Shown piece after piece: positions 19,223-28,783 of a stretch of 64,000 nt of DNA (within the stretch, counting starts at the first letter, position 1; each line of letters starts with the position of its first letter). Both the position numbers and the translations under genes were made by a program. The notes under the pieces were generated by a model. That model saw only the letters and a program-made list of their open reading frames with translations, was not told the DNA's origin and made no database searches. Origin of the DNA: Candidatus Babeliales bacterium (GTDB lineage Bacteria; Babelota; Babeliae; Babelales; JANWKD01); NCBI GenBank assembly GCA_963762115.1, contig CAVXJH010000006.1, positions 128,001 through 192,000 of the forward strand. The letters are read 5' to 3'.

Positions 19223-20038
19223 ATGCATTCAGAAAAACAATTAGCACAATTCAAAAAAGTAATTTGGGATTATTATGCAATACATAAAAGAGAATTTCCT
19301 TGGCGAAATATCGAAAATCCCTATTACATCATTGTTTCAGAAATTATGTTGCAACAAACACAAACACATCGTGTCATTACAAAATATGAACAATTCATTG
19401 AACAATTTCCAACCATTCATATTCTAGCACAAGCGCAACAAGCCGATGTAATCAAAGCTTGGCAGGGATTAGGATATAACAGACGTGCATTATCTTTGCA
19501 CAAAACTGCACAAAAAATTATACAAGAACACAAAAGCATTATTCCAAATTGTCCGACACTATTACAAACGTTTCCTGGTATTGGAAAAGCGACAGCATCG
19601 TCAATTGCAGCATTTGCCTATAACAAGCCGACAACATTCATCGAAACCAACATTCGTGCAGTTTTTATTTATTGTTTTTTTGTTAATCAAAGCAATATTA
19701 CTGATGAACAACTCATTCCTCTGGTTGCTGCAACCGTCGACCCAATCAATCCTCGCGAATGGTATTACGCGTTAATGGATTATGGTGTCATGCTCAAAAA
19801 AAATTACATAAATCCAAGTCGTTTAAGTAAACATCACACCAAGCAAAGCGCCTTTGAAGGATCAGATCGCCAAATTCGTGGCATGATACTAAAATTGCTC
19901 TCACAAGAAACTGCTCTTAATTTTGAACAATTTTGCGACCTTATTCCCCGTGAACAACAACGAATAGAATGTGCGTTAGACAATCTTTTAAAAGAAGGGT
20001 TTATAAAAAGTATTCAAACTACTTTTACTCTTGCTTAG
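19223..20038 (+). CDS. mutY: MutY-like A/G-specific adenine glycosylase (HhH-GPD), short form
   Basis: REFPWR, VSEIMLQQTQ, WQGLGYNRRA, PGIGKATA, ALMDYG. Confidence 0.88.
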   Translation: MHSEKQLAQFKKVIWDYYAIHKREFPWRNIENPYYIIVSEIMLQQTQTHRVITKYEQFIEQFPTIHILAQAQQADVIKAWQGLGYNRRALSLHKTAQKIIQEHKSIIPNCPTLLQTFPGIGKATASSIAAFAYNKPTTFIETNIRAVFIYCFFVNQSNITDEQLIPLVAATVDPINPREWYYALMDYGVMLKKNYINPSRLSKHHTKQSAFEGSDRQIRGMILKLLSQETALNFEQFCDLIPREQQRIECALDNLLKEGFIKSIQTTFTLA

Positions 20039-20094
20039 TCATAAGGACTTTGTTTATACTGCTAAAAAATTATAAAAAGTAGTAAGGAGAAATA

Positions 20095-20907
20095 ATGAAG
20101 TTCAGATTAAACGTGCTGTTCATACTCATATGCTTAAGCAATTTCTCACCTAATAAAGCTGCACTCGACAAAAAAACAATGCCCGAAGAAAATAAACCTC
20201 AAATTGATCCTGCATTCTTGACGCTATCAAAAAGATTACCCCTACCAACTTATGAAATTGTACCATTTAGATTTGATAAAATTCCCTGGTTAACTTCTGA
20301 GCAATTATCGCAGCATATGGAACTTTATAAAGGATATGTTAATAAGCGAAATGAAATAGCAAAAACGTTAAAAAAAGTTGATCCTTCCAAAGCATCTGGC
20401 GTTACCTATTCAAAATACCGCTCACTCAAAACAGCGGAAACATTTGCCATGAATGGCGACATTTTACACAGGCTTTATTTTCAAAATATCAGTGAAAAAA
20501 AATCACAAAAACCTGGTGAGCAAATGATGAATTTAATTATTGAAGCATTCGGCTCCCTTGAATCATTCAAAAATGATTTGTTTGCTTGTGCAAGCTCATC
20601 ACGAGGCTGGGTACTTACTGGTTATTCCCTTGATGATAATATGATTCACAATTTCTTGCTTGATGCACATAATCAAACGGTTCCCGTTCTTGTCATGCCT
20701 TTATTAGTGCTTGATGTTTATGAGCATGCTTATTTCCTTGATTTTGGCACCAAACGCCCATCGTATGTTCAACTGTTCTGGAGCAATATTAATTGGGATG
20801 TTGTTGAAGAACGCATCAATAAATGGGTTAATCCGCTTATTAAGAAATGTGAAGTTCCTGAAGAAAAAAATGAGAAAATTGAAACTTTAACAGCTTCCAA
20901 AAAATAG
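20095..20907 (+). CDS. sod: Fe/Mn superoxide dismutase family protein with N-terminal signal peptide
   Basis: QH..LYKGYV, LHRLYF, FGSLESFK, PLLVLDVYEHAYFLD, NINWDVV. Confidence 0.88.
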   Translation: MKFRLNVLFILICLSNFSPNKAALDKKTMPEENKPQIDPAFLTLSKRLPLPTYEIVPFRFDKIPWLTSEQLSQHMELYKGYVNKRNEIAKTLKKVDPSKASGVTYSKYRSLKTAETFAMNGDILHRLYFQNISEKKSQKPGEQMMNLIIEAFGSLESFKNDLFACASSSRGWVLTGYSLDDNMIHNFLLDAHNQTVPVLVMPLLVLDVYEHAYFLDFGTKRPSYVQLFWSNINWDVVEERINKWVNPLIKKCEVPEEKNEKIETLTASKK

Positions 20908-20990
20908 CATAAGGTATTTCTGATTCTTCAAATACCTTATCTAAAATAAATTTTTGTTTTCACGTTTTAGTTTATAAATTATCAATATTA

Positions 20991-21490
20991 TTCGGCCCTA
21001 TGCGGGCAGGCATGAATATATTGCGTGCCCAATATATTCAATACAAGGGCAACTAAGAGAAGAATCTCTTAGTAATCTCTCTTAACGCAAAAAAGTCGGA
21101 CTTGATCATTGCATGCTCAAAGTCCTCCACCAGTTTTGCTAATGAGGAAATTTTTGATTTTATCCGATGACTTGCGATTGATAATTATCTACTTCGTAGA
21201 ATCACAATTGTCATCTTAAAAAGCAAATCAACAAAGTTATAAATAATACTGGATTCTGAATCTACTTTGCTAAAAGCTTCGTAGGTTCAGAATGACATTT
21301 CTCATTTCGAAAGAAAATTTATAAATATATGTTAGTCCGGTAGTGCGTTGTGCACCCGAAAGAATGATGCGCAGCATCATGATGTGTGGTGCATATACGC
21401 GCGGAAAAAATGATCCAACGGAACGTTGGGGCCCTTGTATCAAAGGTATTGGGCAAACAATACCTTTGTGCTGCCCGCATAGGGCCAAAT
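20991..21490. repeat. ~500-bp hairpin-rich element bounded by inverted family C repeats
   Basis: GGCCCTATGCGGGCAG...ATACAAGGGC at left and its reverse complement at right; internal family A arm at 21249-21297. Confidence 0.7.
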
Positions 21491-21548
21491 GATATTAAAA
21501 ATAAATATTACTTTTGTTTTAAGATATTAAGCAAACCATAAATAATTA

Positions 21549-21878
21549 TTAATCCACAATTTTATTTTGTGCATCAAGTATCGCCAATAAGCGCGCACTT
21601 AATTGTCGATGAGATGCTATATCACTCTTTTCCATTGCATGAATTTGGGAATTATTAATAAAATTATACCCTAACTTAACTTCAATATCAGCCAACTTCT
21701 TCTCTTTAGGAAAATATCTTACAAGACGATTATCATTCCTTTTAGCTGTACAACTTTGCATACCTACAGTTATCTGTGGAATGGTTGTACCAGGTACCGT
21801 AACAAGAACAAACTTTTCCATGCCACATGCAAAAGCAACAAATAAAATGCTACCTAAAAAAAGTATTATTTTTTTCAT
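21549..21878 (-). CDS. Small secreted hypothetical protein
   Basis: MKKIILF signal peptide followed by MEK. Confidence 0.55.
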   Translation of the reverse strand: MKKIILFLGSILFVAFACGMEKFVLVTVPGTTIPQITVGMQSCTAKRNDNRLVRYFPKEKKLADIEVKLGYNFINNSQIHAMEKSDIASHRQLSARLLAILDAQNKIVD

Positions 21879-21949
21879 GAGATTCTTTCTAAAATTGGAT
21901 GAGAAAATAAAAAACTGCATAACCAAATATAACCATCAATGCATCGAAT

Positions 21950-22145
21950 TGTCATTGCGAGGCAACATTGTTGCCGTGGCAACCCAGAATATAAAATTCT
22001 ATTTATTTCCCAACTCCTTTACATTGTAATATTTTTTGAAACAAATCAAAAATAGATCATATATAAACATCTGTTTTTCATATGAATTTATTTATGAGAA
22101 CATTATAATCTGGGTCACCACGGCACAATGTGCCTCGTGATGACA
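21950..22145. repeat. Family A doublet (MITE/REPIN-like, ~200 bp)
   Basis: TGTCATTGCGAGGCAACATTGTTGCCGTGGCAACCCAG ... CTGGGTCACCACGGCACAATGTGCCTCGTGATGACA. Confidence 0.85.
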
Positions 22146-22196
22146 TTTTTGATTACTTGGTTTACGGTAAAATTATTGGCTATGTACAATAAAGGT

Positions 22197-22712
22197 TTAA
22201 ATTTCTGATAACACTGCGTGCGCAAATTTTTCAGCCTCTAAAGGCCCTCTAGCAGTAACAATGCGCTTATCTTTAACAACGCCAGCTTTTTCATAAATGG
22301 CAGCATGTTTATCAAAAATATCTTTTAATAAGCCATCCTCATCCCACCCTGTTGCTCGATGAGTAACCAAAGCGCCAGCTTTTGCCAAAATACGAGGCGC
22401 AATACAAATAGCAGCAACAACCTTATCAGCCATAACTGCTTTTTGAATAATGCGATAACTTATATCATTATCTAAGTGATCCAAAGCTCCGCCACCACCA
22501 ACAAACACTATTGCTTCATAATCATCAGAATTAAGCTTGCTTAACTCAACATCAACATCAGTTTTTGAACCATCAGTTGCTTGTGCTTTTCCACCTTTAT
22601 CACTTACCGTAACAACTTTATAACCGGCTTCTTGAAATATTTTCTTTGGTACACCATATTCTATTGGTTGATACCCAATATGAGCAATGATAATTGCTAT
22701 ACTTTTTATCAT
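22197..22712 (-). CDS. DJ-1/PfpI family protein
   Basis: GYQPIEY, AIVFVGGGGA, AAICIAP, IVTARGP. Confidence 0.92.
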   Translation of the reverse strand: MIKSIAIIIAHIGYQPIEYGVPKKIFQEAGYKVVTVSDKGGKAQATDGSKTDVDVELSKLNSDDYEAIVFVGGGGALDHLDNDISYRIIQKAVMADKVVAAICIAPRILAKAGALVTHRATGWDEDGLLKDIFDKHAAIYEKAGVVKDKRIVTARGPLEAEKFAHAVLSEI

Positions 22713-22946
22713 AGACTATCCCTTCCTTAATTTTTTGATTTTTTATTTTTCAGTATAAACCAGTTGAACTATAACATTCTAGAAAAATAATATGAAGGGC
22801 TTATTTTAATAATTTCAATCTGAATAAAATCAAACATTTCATTTAAAAATATACTTTTTCATAAAATAATTGTTACTAATTAATATTTGCGTTAAAATAA
22901 CAAATATACAGCTTTTTAAGAAGAAAATTTTAGATGAAAGTTTTTT

Positions 22947-23483
22947 ATGATAAGACATCCCTGGCATGAGGTATCTTCAGGTGAACACACCCCCGTAAGC
23001 GTAAATACCATAATAGAAATCACAAAAGGTTCAAAAGCAAAATATGAACTTGATAAAGAAAGTGGTCTTTTGCGTCTCGATAGAGTTCTTTTGACTCACC
23101 TAACCTACCCAGTTCATTATGGTTTTATTCCTCAGACCTATTGCGCTGACAACGATCCTCTTGATGTCATTGTTATTTGTTCAGAGCATCTACTTCCTTT
23201 AAGTATTGTCGAAGCAACGATTATTGGTGCTATGCATATGATTGATGGCGGACAACGAGATGATAAAATTATTGCTGTTGCCACCCATGATCATGCGGTG
23301 AATACAATAACTAATTTAGATGAACTTCCCATCGATCTTCTTGAAACCATACGACAATTTTTCGAAAATTATAAAAAACTAGAAGAAAAAAAAGTTATTA
23401 TTGAAAAATTTTTCAATAAACAAGAAGCACAAAATTTAATTATTGAAGCGCTTGAATTGTATAAAAAAGAATTTAAACAGTAA
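22947..23483 (+). CDS. ppa: Soluble inorganic pyrophosphatase (family I)
   Basis: KAKYELDK, YGFIPQT, DNDPLDV, DDKIIAV, FFENYK. Confidence 0.96.
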   Translation: MIRHPWHEVSSGEHTPVSVNTIIEITKGSKAKYELDKESGLLRLDRVLLTHLTYPVHYGFIPQTYCADNDPLDVIVICSEHLLPLSIVEATIIGAMHMIDGGQRDDKIIAVATHDHAVNTITNLDELPIDLLETIRQFFENYKKLEEKKVIIEKFFNKQEAQNLIIEALELYKKEFKQ

Positions 23484-23500
23484 TCTCACAAAATCACACA

Positions 23501-23536
23501 AAAAAAGGGTATACAAAAATTGTATACCCTTTTTTA
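23501..23536. terminator. Bidirectional intrinsic terminator
   Basis: AAAAAAGGGTATACAA/TTGTATACCCTTTTTT. Confidence 0.85.
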
Positions 23537-23557
23537 TTTTCAATAAATAGTATCTCT

Positions 23558-24559
23558 CTACCACTCAAGTGATCCGGCTGTTTGATATTCCGTTACACGA
23601 GTTTCAAAAAAATTCTTTTCTTTGGACAAATCGGTTGATTGCGACATCCAAGGAAATGGATTTTCAGTAAAATATACTTTTGGCAAATCAATACGCTCTA
23701 AACGACGATCAGCAATATGTTCAACATAATCACTAAATTGTTGCGCATTAATGCCGAGTAATCCTTCAGGACAAGCATCCAATGCATATTGCTTTTCTAA
23801 TACAACAGCTTTTTTAATTAATTCAACAATTTCTTGTTGGAATTCTGCTGTCCAAATAGTTGGATTCTCAGCTTTAACGGCATTAATCAAATCACACCCA
23901 AAAGCCAAATGAATACTTTCATCACGCATGATATATTCAAATTGCTCACCAATACCAACCATTTTGTTTTGACGTTTGAGGGCAAGCATCATGGCAAAAC
24001 CAGCATAAAAGAAAATGCCTTCCATGATTACATAATACCCAATAAGGTCATGCACAAAACGCTTAATATCTTCTTGTGTTTCTGTTTTAAAGTTTGGATC
24101 AAAAATTGATTGCGTCAAATTAATAACAAAAGCATCTTTTTGTGCAATTGAAGGTATCGTATTATACATATTATAAATCACATCAGGATCCAATCCTAAT
24201 GTGTCACAACAATAAATGAAAGTATCAGTATGCACTGCTTCTTCAAAAGCCTGTCGCAATAAATACTGACGACATTCAGGATTAGTAACATGACGATAAA
24301 CAGCCAACACTAAATTATTTGCCGTTAACGATTCCGCTGTTGAAAAAAATCCTAAATTCCAAAGAATTAATCGTCGCTCTTTTTCAGACAAAAATGTTGC
24401 AGATTTCCATTGCTCAACATCTTGTTGCATCGAAATTTCTTCTGGAGTCCAATTGTTGGCAATACCATCTTTATAATGTTGGCGAGCCCACATATAGGTC
24501 ATCGGTAAAATTTTATTAGGATCAGTTGCGCTATTATTCAAAATAGTTTTTTGTATCAT
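23558..24559 (-). CDS. nrdB: Ribonucleotide reductase beta subunit, class Ic (R2c)-type
   Basis: NWTPEEI, FFSTAESL, EEAVHTDTF, MEGIFFY, RDESIH, NFFETRVTEY. Confidence 0.95.
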   Translation of the reverse strand: MIQKTILNNSATDPNKILPMTYMWARQHYKDGIANNWTPEEISMQQDVEQWKSATFLSEKERRLILWNLGFFSTAESLTANNLVLAVYRHVTNPECRQYLLRQAFEEAVHTDTFIYCCDTLGLDPDVIYNMYNTIPSIAQKDAFVINLTQSIFDPNFKTETQEDIKRFVHDLIGYYVIMEGIFFYAGFAMMLALKRQNKMVGIGEQFEYIMRDESIHLAFGCDLINAVKAENPTIWTAEFQQEIVELIKKAVVLEKQYALDACPEGLLGINAQQFSDYVEHIADRRLERIDLPKVYFTENPFPWMSQSTDLSKEKNFFETRVTEYQTAGSLEW

Positions 24560-24591
24560 ATATATTCCTTTCATGGATTAAATTATGAGTA

Positions 24592-27111
24592 TCACTGACA
24601 CGATTCACAATCACTAGGATTATCAATACCACATGCATACGTGGTTGCAGGATTAAATGCCACTTTCTCAACTGATTCAGCGGGGGCAATTTCTTTGTAT
24701 TCACGCTTTTGAGTATACCCAAACTTTTTTGCATCTAACGTTGATTTTTCAATCTGACTCGCGCCAAGCGTTCGTAAATAATACATTGTTTTCATACCGG
24801 TACGCCATGCCGTTGTATAAATATCATGTAACTTCTGACCAGAAACGCCCTGCATAAAAACATTATGCGATTGACTTTGATCAATCCATTTTCCTCGTGC
24901 AGCGGTGATATTTATCATATGAATTGGATCAAGCTCAAAAGAACCTTTATACTTACGTTTTAGATGATCTGGAATCTCATCAATCATTTGTAAATTACCA
25001 TCATAATATTTAAGCTGGTCAAGCATAGATTGATTCCATAATCCTAATGCCTTTAAATCGTCCACTAAATACGTGTTAATGATAGTAAATTCACCCGCAA
25101 TATTTGCTTTAACATAAATGTTGCGATACATAGGTTCAATACATGGGTAACATCCAGCAATATTAGCAATGGTTGCTGTTGGTGCAATTGCTAATATATT
25201 TGAATTTCTCATACCCCATTCTTTAACCTGCTTTCTAACTGGTGTCCAATCAAGGGAGGAACTACGAGAAACTTCAATTGGCATGCCACGCTCTTGTTCT
25301 AATAAATCAATAGTATCAAGAGGAAAAATACCACGATGCCATTTTGAACCCTGATAACTTTGATACGTACCACGTTCATGTGCAAGTTCTGATGAACCAA
25401 GAACCGCAAAATATAAAATCTTTTCACCAGTATTATCAGCAAAAGTAACTGCTTCTTGCGAATCAAAAGGAATATTTAATTTAAATAATGCATCCTGGAA
25501 TCCCATACAACCAAGACCAATTGGCCGATGGCGCATATTTGAATTTTGCGCTTCAATCGTTGGATAAAAATTTAAATCAACAACATTATCAAGCATTCTG
25601 ATTGCTGTTTTAATTGTTGCCGCTAACATTTCCTCATCAAGTTTACCATCAACAATATGCCGCGATAAGTTCACTGATCCTAAATTACAAACAGCTGTTT
25701 CATCAGCAGAAGTATTAAGGGTAATTTCAGTACATAAATTTGAACTATGCACAACACCTGCATGATCCTGAGGTGAACGAATATTACAAGGATCCTTAAA
25801 GGTAATCCAAGGATGACCCGTTTCAAAAAGTCGGCTTAACATCTTACGCCATAATTTTTGTGCTGATACAATTTTAAATTGTATCATTTGGCCGTTGTTA
25901 GCTTTTTGTTCATACTCTTCATATCGTAGCTCAAATGCCTTACCATATAAATCATGCAAATCTGGTGTTTCATCAGGTGAAAACAAAGTCCAATCTTTAT
26001 CGGCAAGAACACGCTTCATAAAAAGATCAGGAATCCAATTTGCCGTATTCATATCATGCGTTCTACGACGTTCATCACCAGTATTGCGACGCAAATCAAG
26101 AAAATCTTCGATATCTAAATGCCACGTTTCTAAATAAGCACACGTACCACCGCGCCGAATACCACTACGCGTAATACCAGCAACAACATCATTAGCAATT
26201 TTCAAAAATGGCACAACGCCCTGACTTGTTGCATGAATACCTTTAATAATTGAACCCGTACCACGAATGCTCGTCCAATCATTACCAATACCACCTGCCC
26301 ATTTTGAAAGTTGCGCATTGTCGCCCATACATTTAAAAATATGCGCTAAATCATCATGAACCGTTGTTAAATAACATGAACTTAGTTGGGGAACAACATA
26401 TCCTGCATGAAATAATGTTGGCGTTGAAGAAATATACCGTAACGTAGAAAACAACTCATAAAACTCAACTGCTTTTTTATTTTTATCTTCTTCCTTAAGC
26501 GCAAGTCCCATTGCAATGCGCATCCAAAACGTTTGCGGAAGTTCAATCTTTTTTTTATTAATTTTAAGAAAATAACGATCATACAATGTTTGCAATCCTA
26601 GATATTCAAGCAAGTTATCACGTTCAATACGTAAATGTTGTGCAAGAAATTCTAAATCAAATTGCAATAATGCAGGATCCAATATTTTATTTTCAATACC
26701 TCGTTCAATGCTTGTGATAAAAGCACTTTGATACAAAGCATTCAATGAAGAATCAGTCGCAGAAACTTTAAAAACTTCTTTATAAATAGCTTGTAACAAA
26801 AGACGCGCTGCCACAACACCATAAGCAGGGTCTTGTTCCAAAAAAGCAATTGCTGATAAGACAAAAGCTTTTTCAAGATCTTGAGTTGTGACACCATCAT
26901 AAATATTCTTGATGACTTCTTTAACAATTAAATCAACAGAAACTAACGATGATAAATCACCCATAATACGATTAATTGTTCCATAGACTTTGTCATCATC
27001 AAACGCCATTTTAATACCATTACGCTTGGTAACCGTAAAATGAGTTAAGGCACTTTCATGCACATTTGGTGTCTCAAAACCCCCATTTACGAGACTGCTC
27101 TGAGAATTCAT
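24592..27111 (-). CDS. nrdA: Ribonucleotide reductase class I alpha subunit with ATP cone
   Basis: VTKRNG ATP cone, STPTLF, LSSCY, SNLCTEI, AIAPTAT, KTMYYLR, C-terminal CESC. Confidence 0.97.
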   Translation of the reverse strand: MNSQSSLVNGGFETPNVHESALTHFTVTKRNGIKMAFDDDKVYGTINRIMGDLSSLVSVDLIVKEVIKNIYDGVTTQDLEKAFVLSAIAFLEQDPAYGVVAARLLLQAIYKEVFKVSATDSSLNALYQSAFITSIERGIENKILDPALLQFDLEFLAQHLRIERDNLLEYLGLQTLYDRYFLKINKKKIELPQTFWMRIAMGLALKEEDKNKKAVEFYELFSTLRYISSTPTLFHAGYVVPQLSSCYLTTVHDDLAHIFKCMGDNAQLSKWAGGIGNDWTSIRGTGSIIKGIHATSQGVVPFLKIANDVVAGITRSGIRRGGTCAYLETWHLDIEDFLDLRRNTGDERRRTHDMNTANWIPDLFMKRVLADKDWTLFSPDETPDLHDLYGKAFELRYEEYEQKANNGQMIQFKIVSAQKLWRKMLSRLFETGHPWITFKDPCNIRSPQDHAGVVHSSNLCTEITLNTSADETAVCNLGSVNLSRHIVDGKLDEEMLAATIKTAIRMLDNVVDLNFYPTIEAQNSNMRHRPIGLGCMGFQDALFKLNIPFDSQEAVTFADNTGEKILYFAVLGSSELAHERGTYQSYQGSKWHRGIFPLDTIDLLEQERGMPIEVSRSSSLDWTPVRKQVKEWGMRNSNILAIAPTATIANIAGCYPCIEPMYRNIYVKANIAGEFTIINTYLVDDLKALGLWNQSMLDQLKYYDGNLQMIDEIPDHLKRKYKGSFELDPIHMINITAARGKWIDQSQSHNVFMQGVSGQKLHDIYTTAWRTGMKTMYYLRTLGASQIEKSTLDAKKFGYTQKREYKEIAPAESVEKVAFNPATTYACGIDNPSDCESCQ

Positions 27112-27616
27112 AGTTTTCCTTTTAAAGCTAGTGATATAAACTCATTATTCAATACAATAAAAAACCCCAACAAACATGCTTTTTCACCTACTCCTTTTTT
27201 AAAAAAGACGATTGTTTCCCCATAAAACAATCAATAATGACGCAAAACATCATCTACAACAGATGATCAAAAAGCGCTATAACACAATTTAAATTGTTTT
27301 TCTATTTGTAAAATTAATTATCGGCATTACCATCTACTGTATCACCTTAAACCCTTCTAAGCAAACAAAATTTTATAGCTAAATAATACAAAACATATTC
27401 TTAATTTTTTTGTGAAATTAGATTGCCAGACAATACAAATAGTAATCTTCCCATAAGATTTATTGTATAAATTAGTTCCCATCGCCGTGTAAACAATTAT
27501 AATTTTTTTTTATAAAAAGAGTGAAAGCCAAACAAGAATCAATGACTATTGACAGCTCATATTGAAAACCCTTATCTTGAATTCTAGAGACATCTTAAAA
27601 AAGGAGATTTTTTCAA

Positions 27617-28009
27617 ATGAATATCGCAAAAAATAAATTTTTGTTCTTATGTATAACGTTAATAACTCTAGCAAATACACTAGAATGTACCGTTAGAGAA
27701 TTTAAAGGCACCGATGCTCAATTTGATGCCATCCTCAAAGAAGGTAAGCCTGTTGTGGTTAAATGTTACCAAACCTGGTGCTCTGCATGCAAACATTATG
27801 AAGATAGTTTTAAGTCTATTTCAAATCAATTTCCACATGTTACTTTTTTAGCAGTCGATTGTGCAAAAAATCCATCAATTGAATCACGCTTTGGATTTCA
27901 TGGTTATCCAACAACTATTTTTTTTGATTCAACCGGCAATAAAAAAAACCAAAGAACAAATGTTTTAACGGCAGAAGAATTACGCAAAGAAGTTGAAAAA
28001 TTACAATAA
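27617..28009 (+). CDS. Thioredoxin-family protein with signal peptide
   Basis: WCSAC, GYPT cis-Pro; hydrophobic N-terminus. Confidence 0.88.
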   Translation: MNIAKNKFLFLCITLITLANTLECTVREFKGTDAQFDAILKEGKPVVVKCYQTWCSACKHYEDSFKSISNQFPHVTFLAVDCAKNPSIESRFGFHGYPTTIFFDSTGNKKNQRTNVLTAEELRKEVEKLQ

Positions 28010-28033
28010 CAATTACTAGATAAGGAGTTTTTT

Positions 28034-28702
28034 ATGTATACAATCAAACACTATGCTTTAGTTGCTTTATTACCAATTGTATTTCAGTTTACAAACTGTG
28101 AAGAAAATTGCCTAATGGGTGCTATAGATATTGTAAAAACTGCGCCAACCAGTCAAGTTATTGACATAACAACAAGTGAAGCACTCAACAAACACAAAAA
28201 GTCCGGCAAACCAATGGTTGTTAAATTTTATACAGACTGGTGTAACCCATGCAAGGATATGAAAGAACCTTTTGCAAACTTAGCAAAAGAATATACCAAT
28301 GTTACCTTTATTGCTGTTAATGGCGATCATGCACCATCTTTGACGCAAGAATTTAATGTTGAAGGCTATCCAACATTAGTATTTATTGACAAAAATGGTG
28401 ACCAATTATTTGTACGCGTTGGTGGCGCAACTAAGGGTGCTCTTTCTGATTTAGTAGAAAAATTAAGCAAGGGCACCATGCAAAAACAAGAAGTTAAATC
28501 AAAAATGGAAGAAGAAAAACCAAAAGTAGAAGCTGCTCCTGCACCAGCCAAAAAAGCTATCGCACAAAAAAAATCACAACCAAAGAAAACAATGCCAGTA
28601 AAAAAAGCTGTTGCACAAAAAACATCGCAACCAAAAGAAATAGTTCGTAAAGGGCCCGGCGGAAAACGCATTCGTTATGTTGCCGTTATGGATGAAGAAT
28701 AA
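28034..28702 (+). CDS. Thioredoxin-family protein with signal peptide and basic AKKA-repeat tail
   Basis: FYTDWCNPC, GYPT; PAKKAIAQKKSQPK / PVKKAVAQKTSQPK. Confidence 0.88.
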   Translation: MYTIKHYALVALLPIVFQFTNCEENCLMGAIDIVKTAPTSQVIDITTSEALNKHKKSGKPMVVKFYTDWCNPCKDMKEPFANLAKEYTNVTFIAVNGDHAPSLTQEFNVEGYPTLVFIDKNGDQLFVRVGGATKGALSDLVEKLSKGTMQKQEVKSKMEEEKPKVEAAPAPAKKAIAQKKSQPKKTMPVKKAVAQKTSQPKEIVRKGPGGKRIRYVAVMDEE

Positions 28703-28726
28703 TTTTTAAATTATTATTAAAACAAA

Positions 28727-28768
28727 AAAAAGAGCGGAAATAATTGAGAAAATTATTTCCGCTCTTTT
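28727..28768. terminator. Bidirectional intrinsic terminator
   Basis: AAAAGAGCGGAAATAATT/AATTATTTCCGCTCTTTT. Confidence 0.85.
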
Positions 28769-28783
28769 GTATTTAAATTTTAC

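Noticed and set aside
20991..21075. Family C motif as a pistol, twister or HDV ribozyme, or a group II intron fragment
   Set aside because: GCCCTATGCG resembles part of the pistol consensus, but the required partner elements and catalytic motifs could not be placed, and no intron domain V was seen.
21270..21488. 72-aa ORF inside the 500-bp element as a transposase/RAYT remnant
   Set aside because: No HUH/Tyr or DDE motifs; it runs through palindromes.
27240..27460. NrdR boxes upstream of nrdA
   Set aside because: Only weak, ambiguous palindromes; no convincing tandem consensus match.
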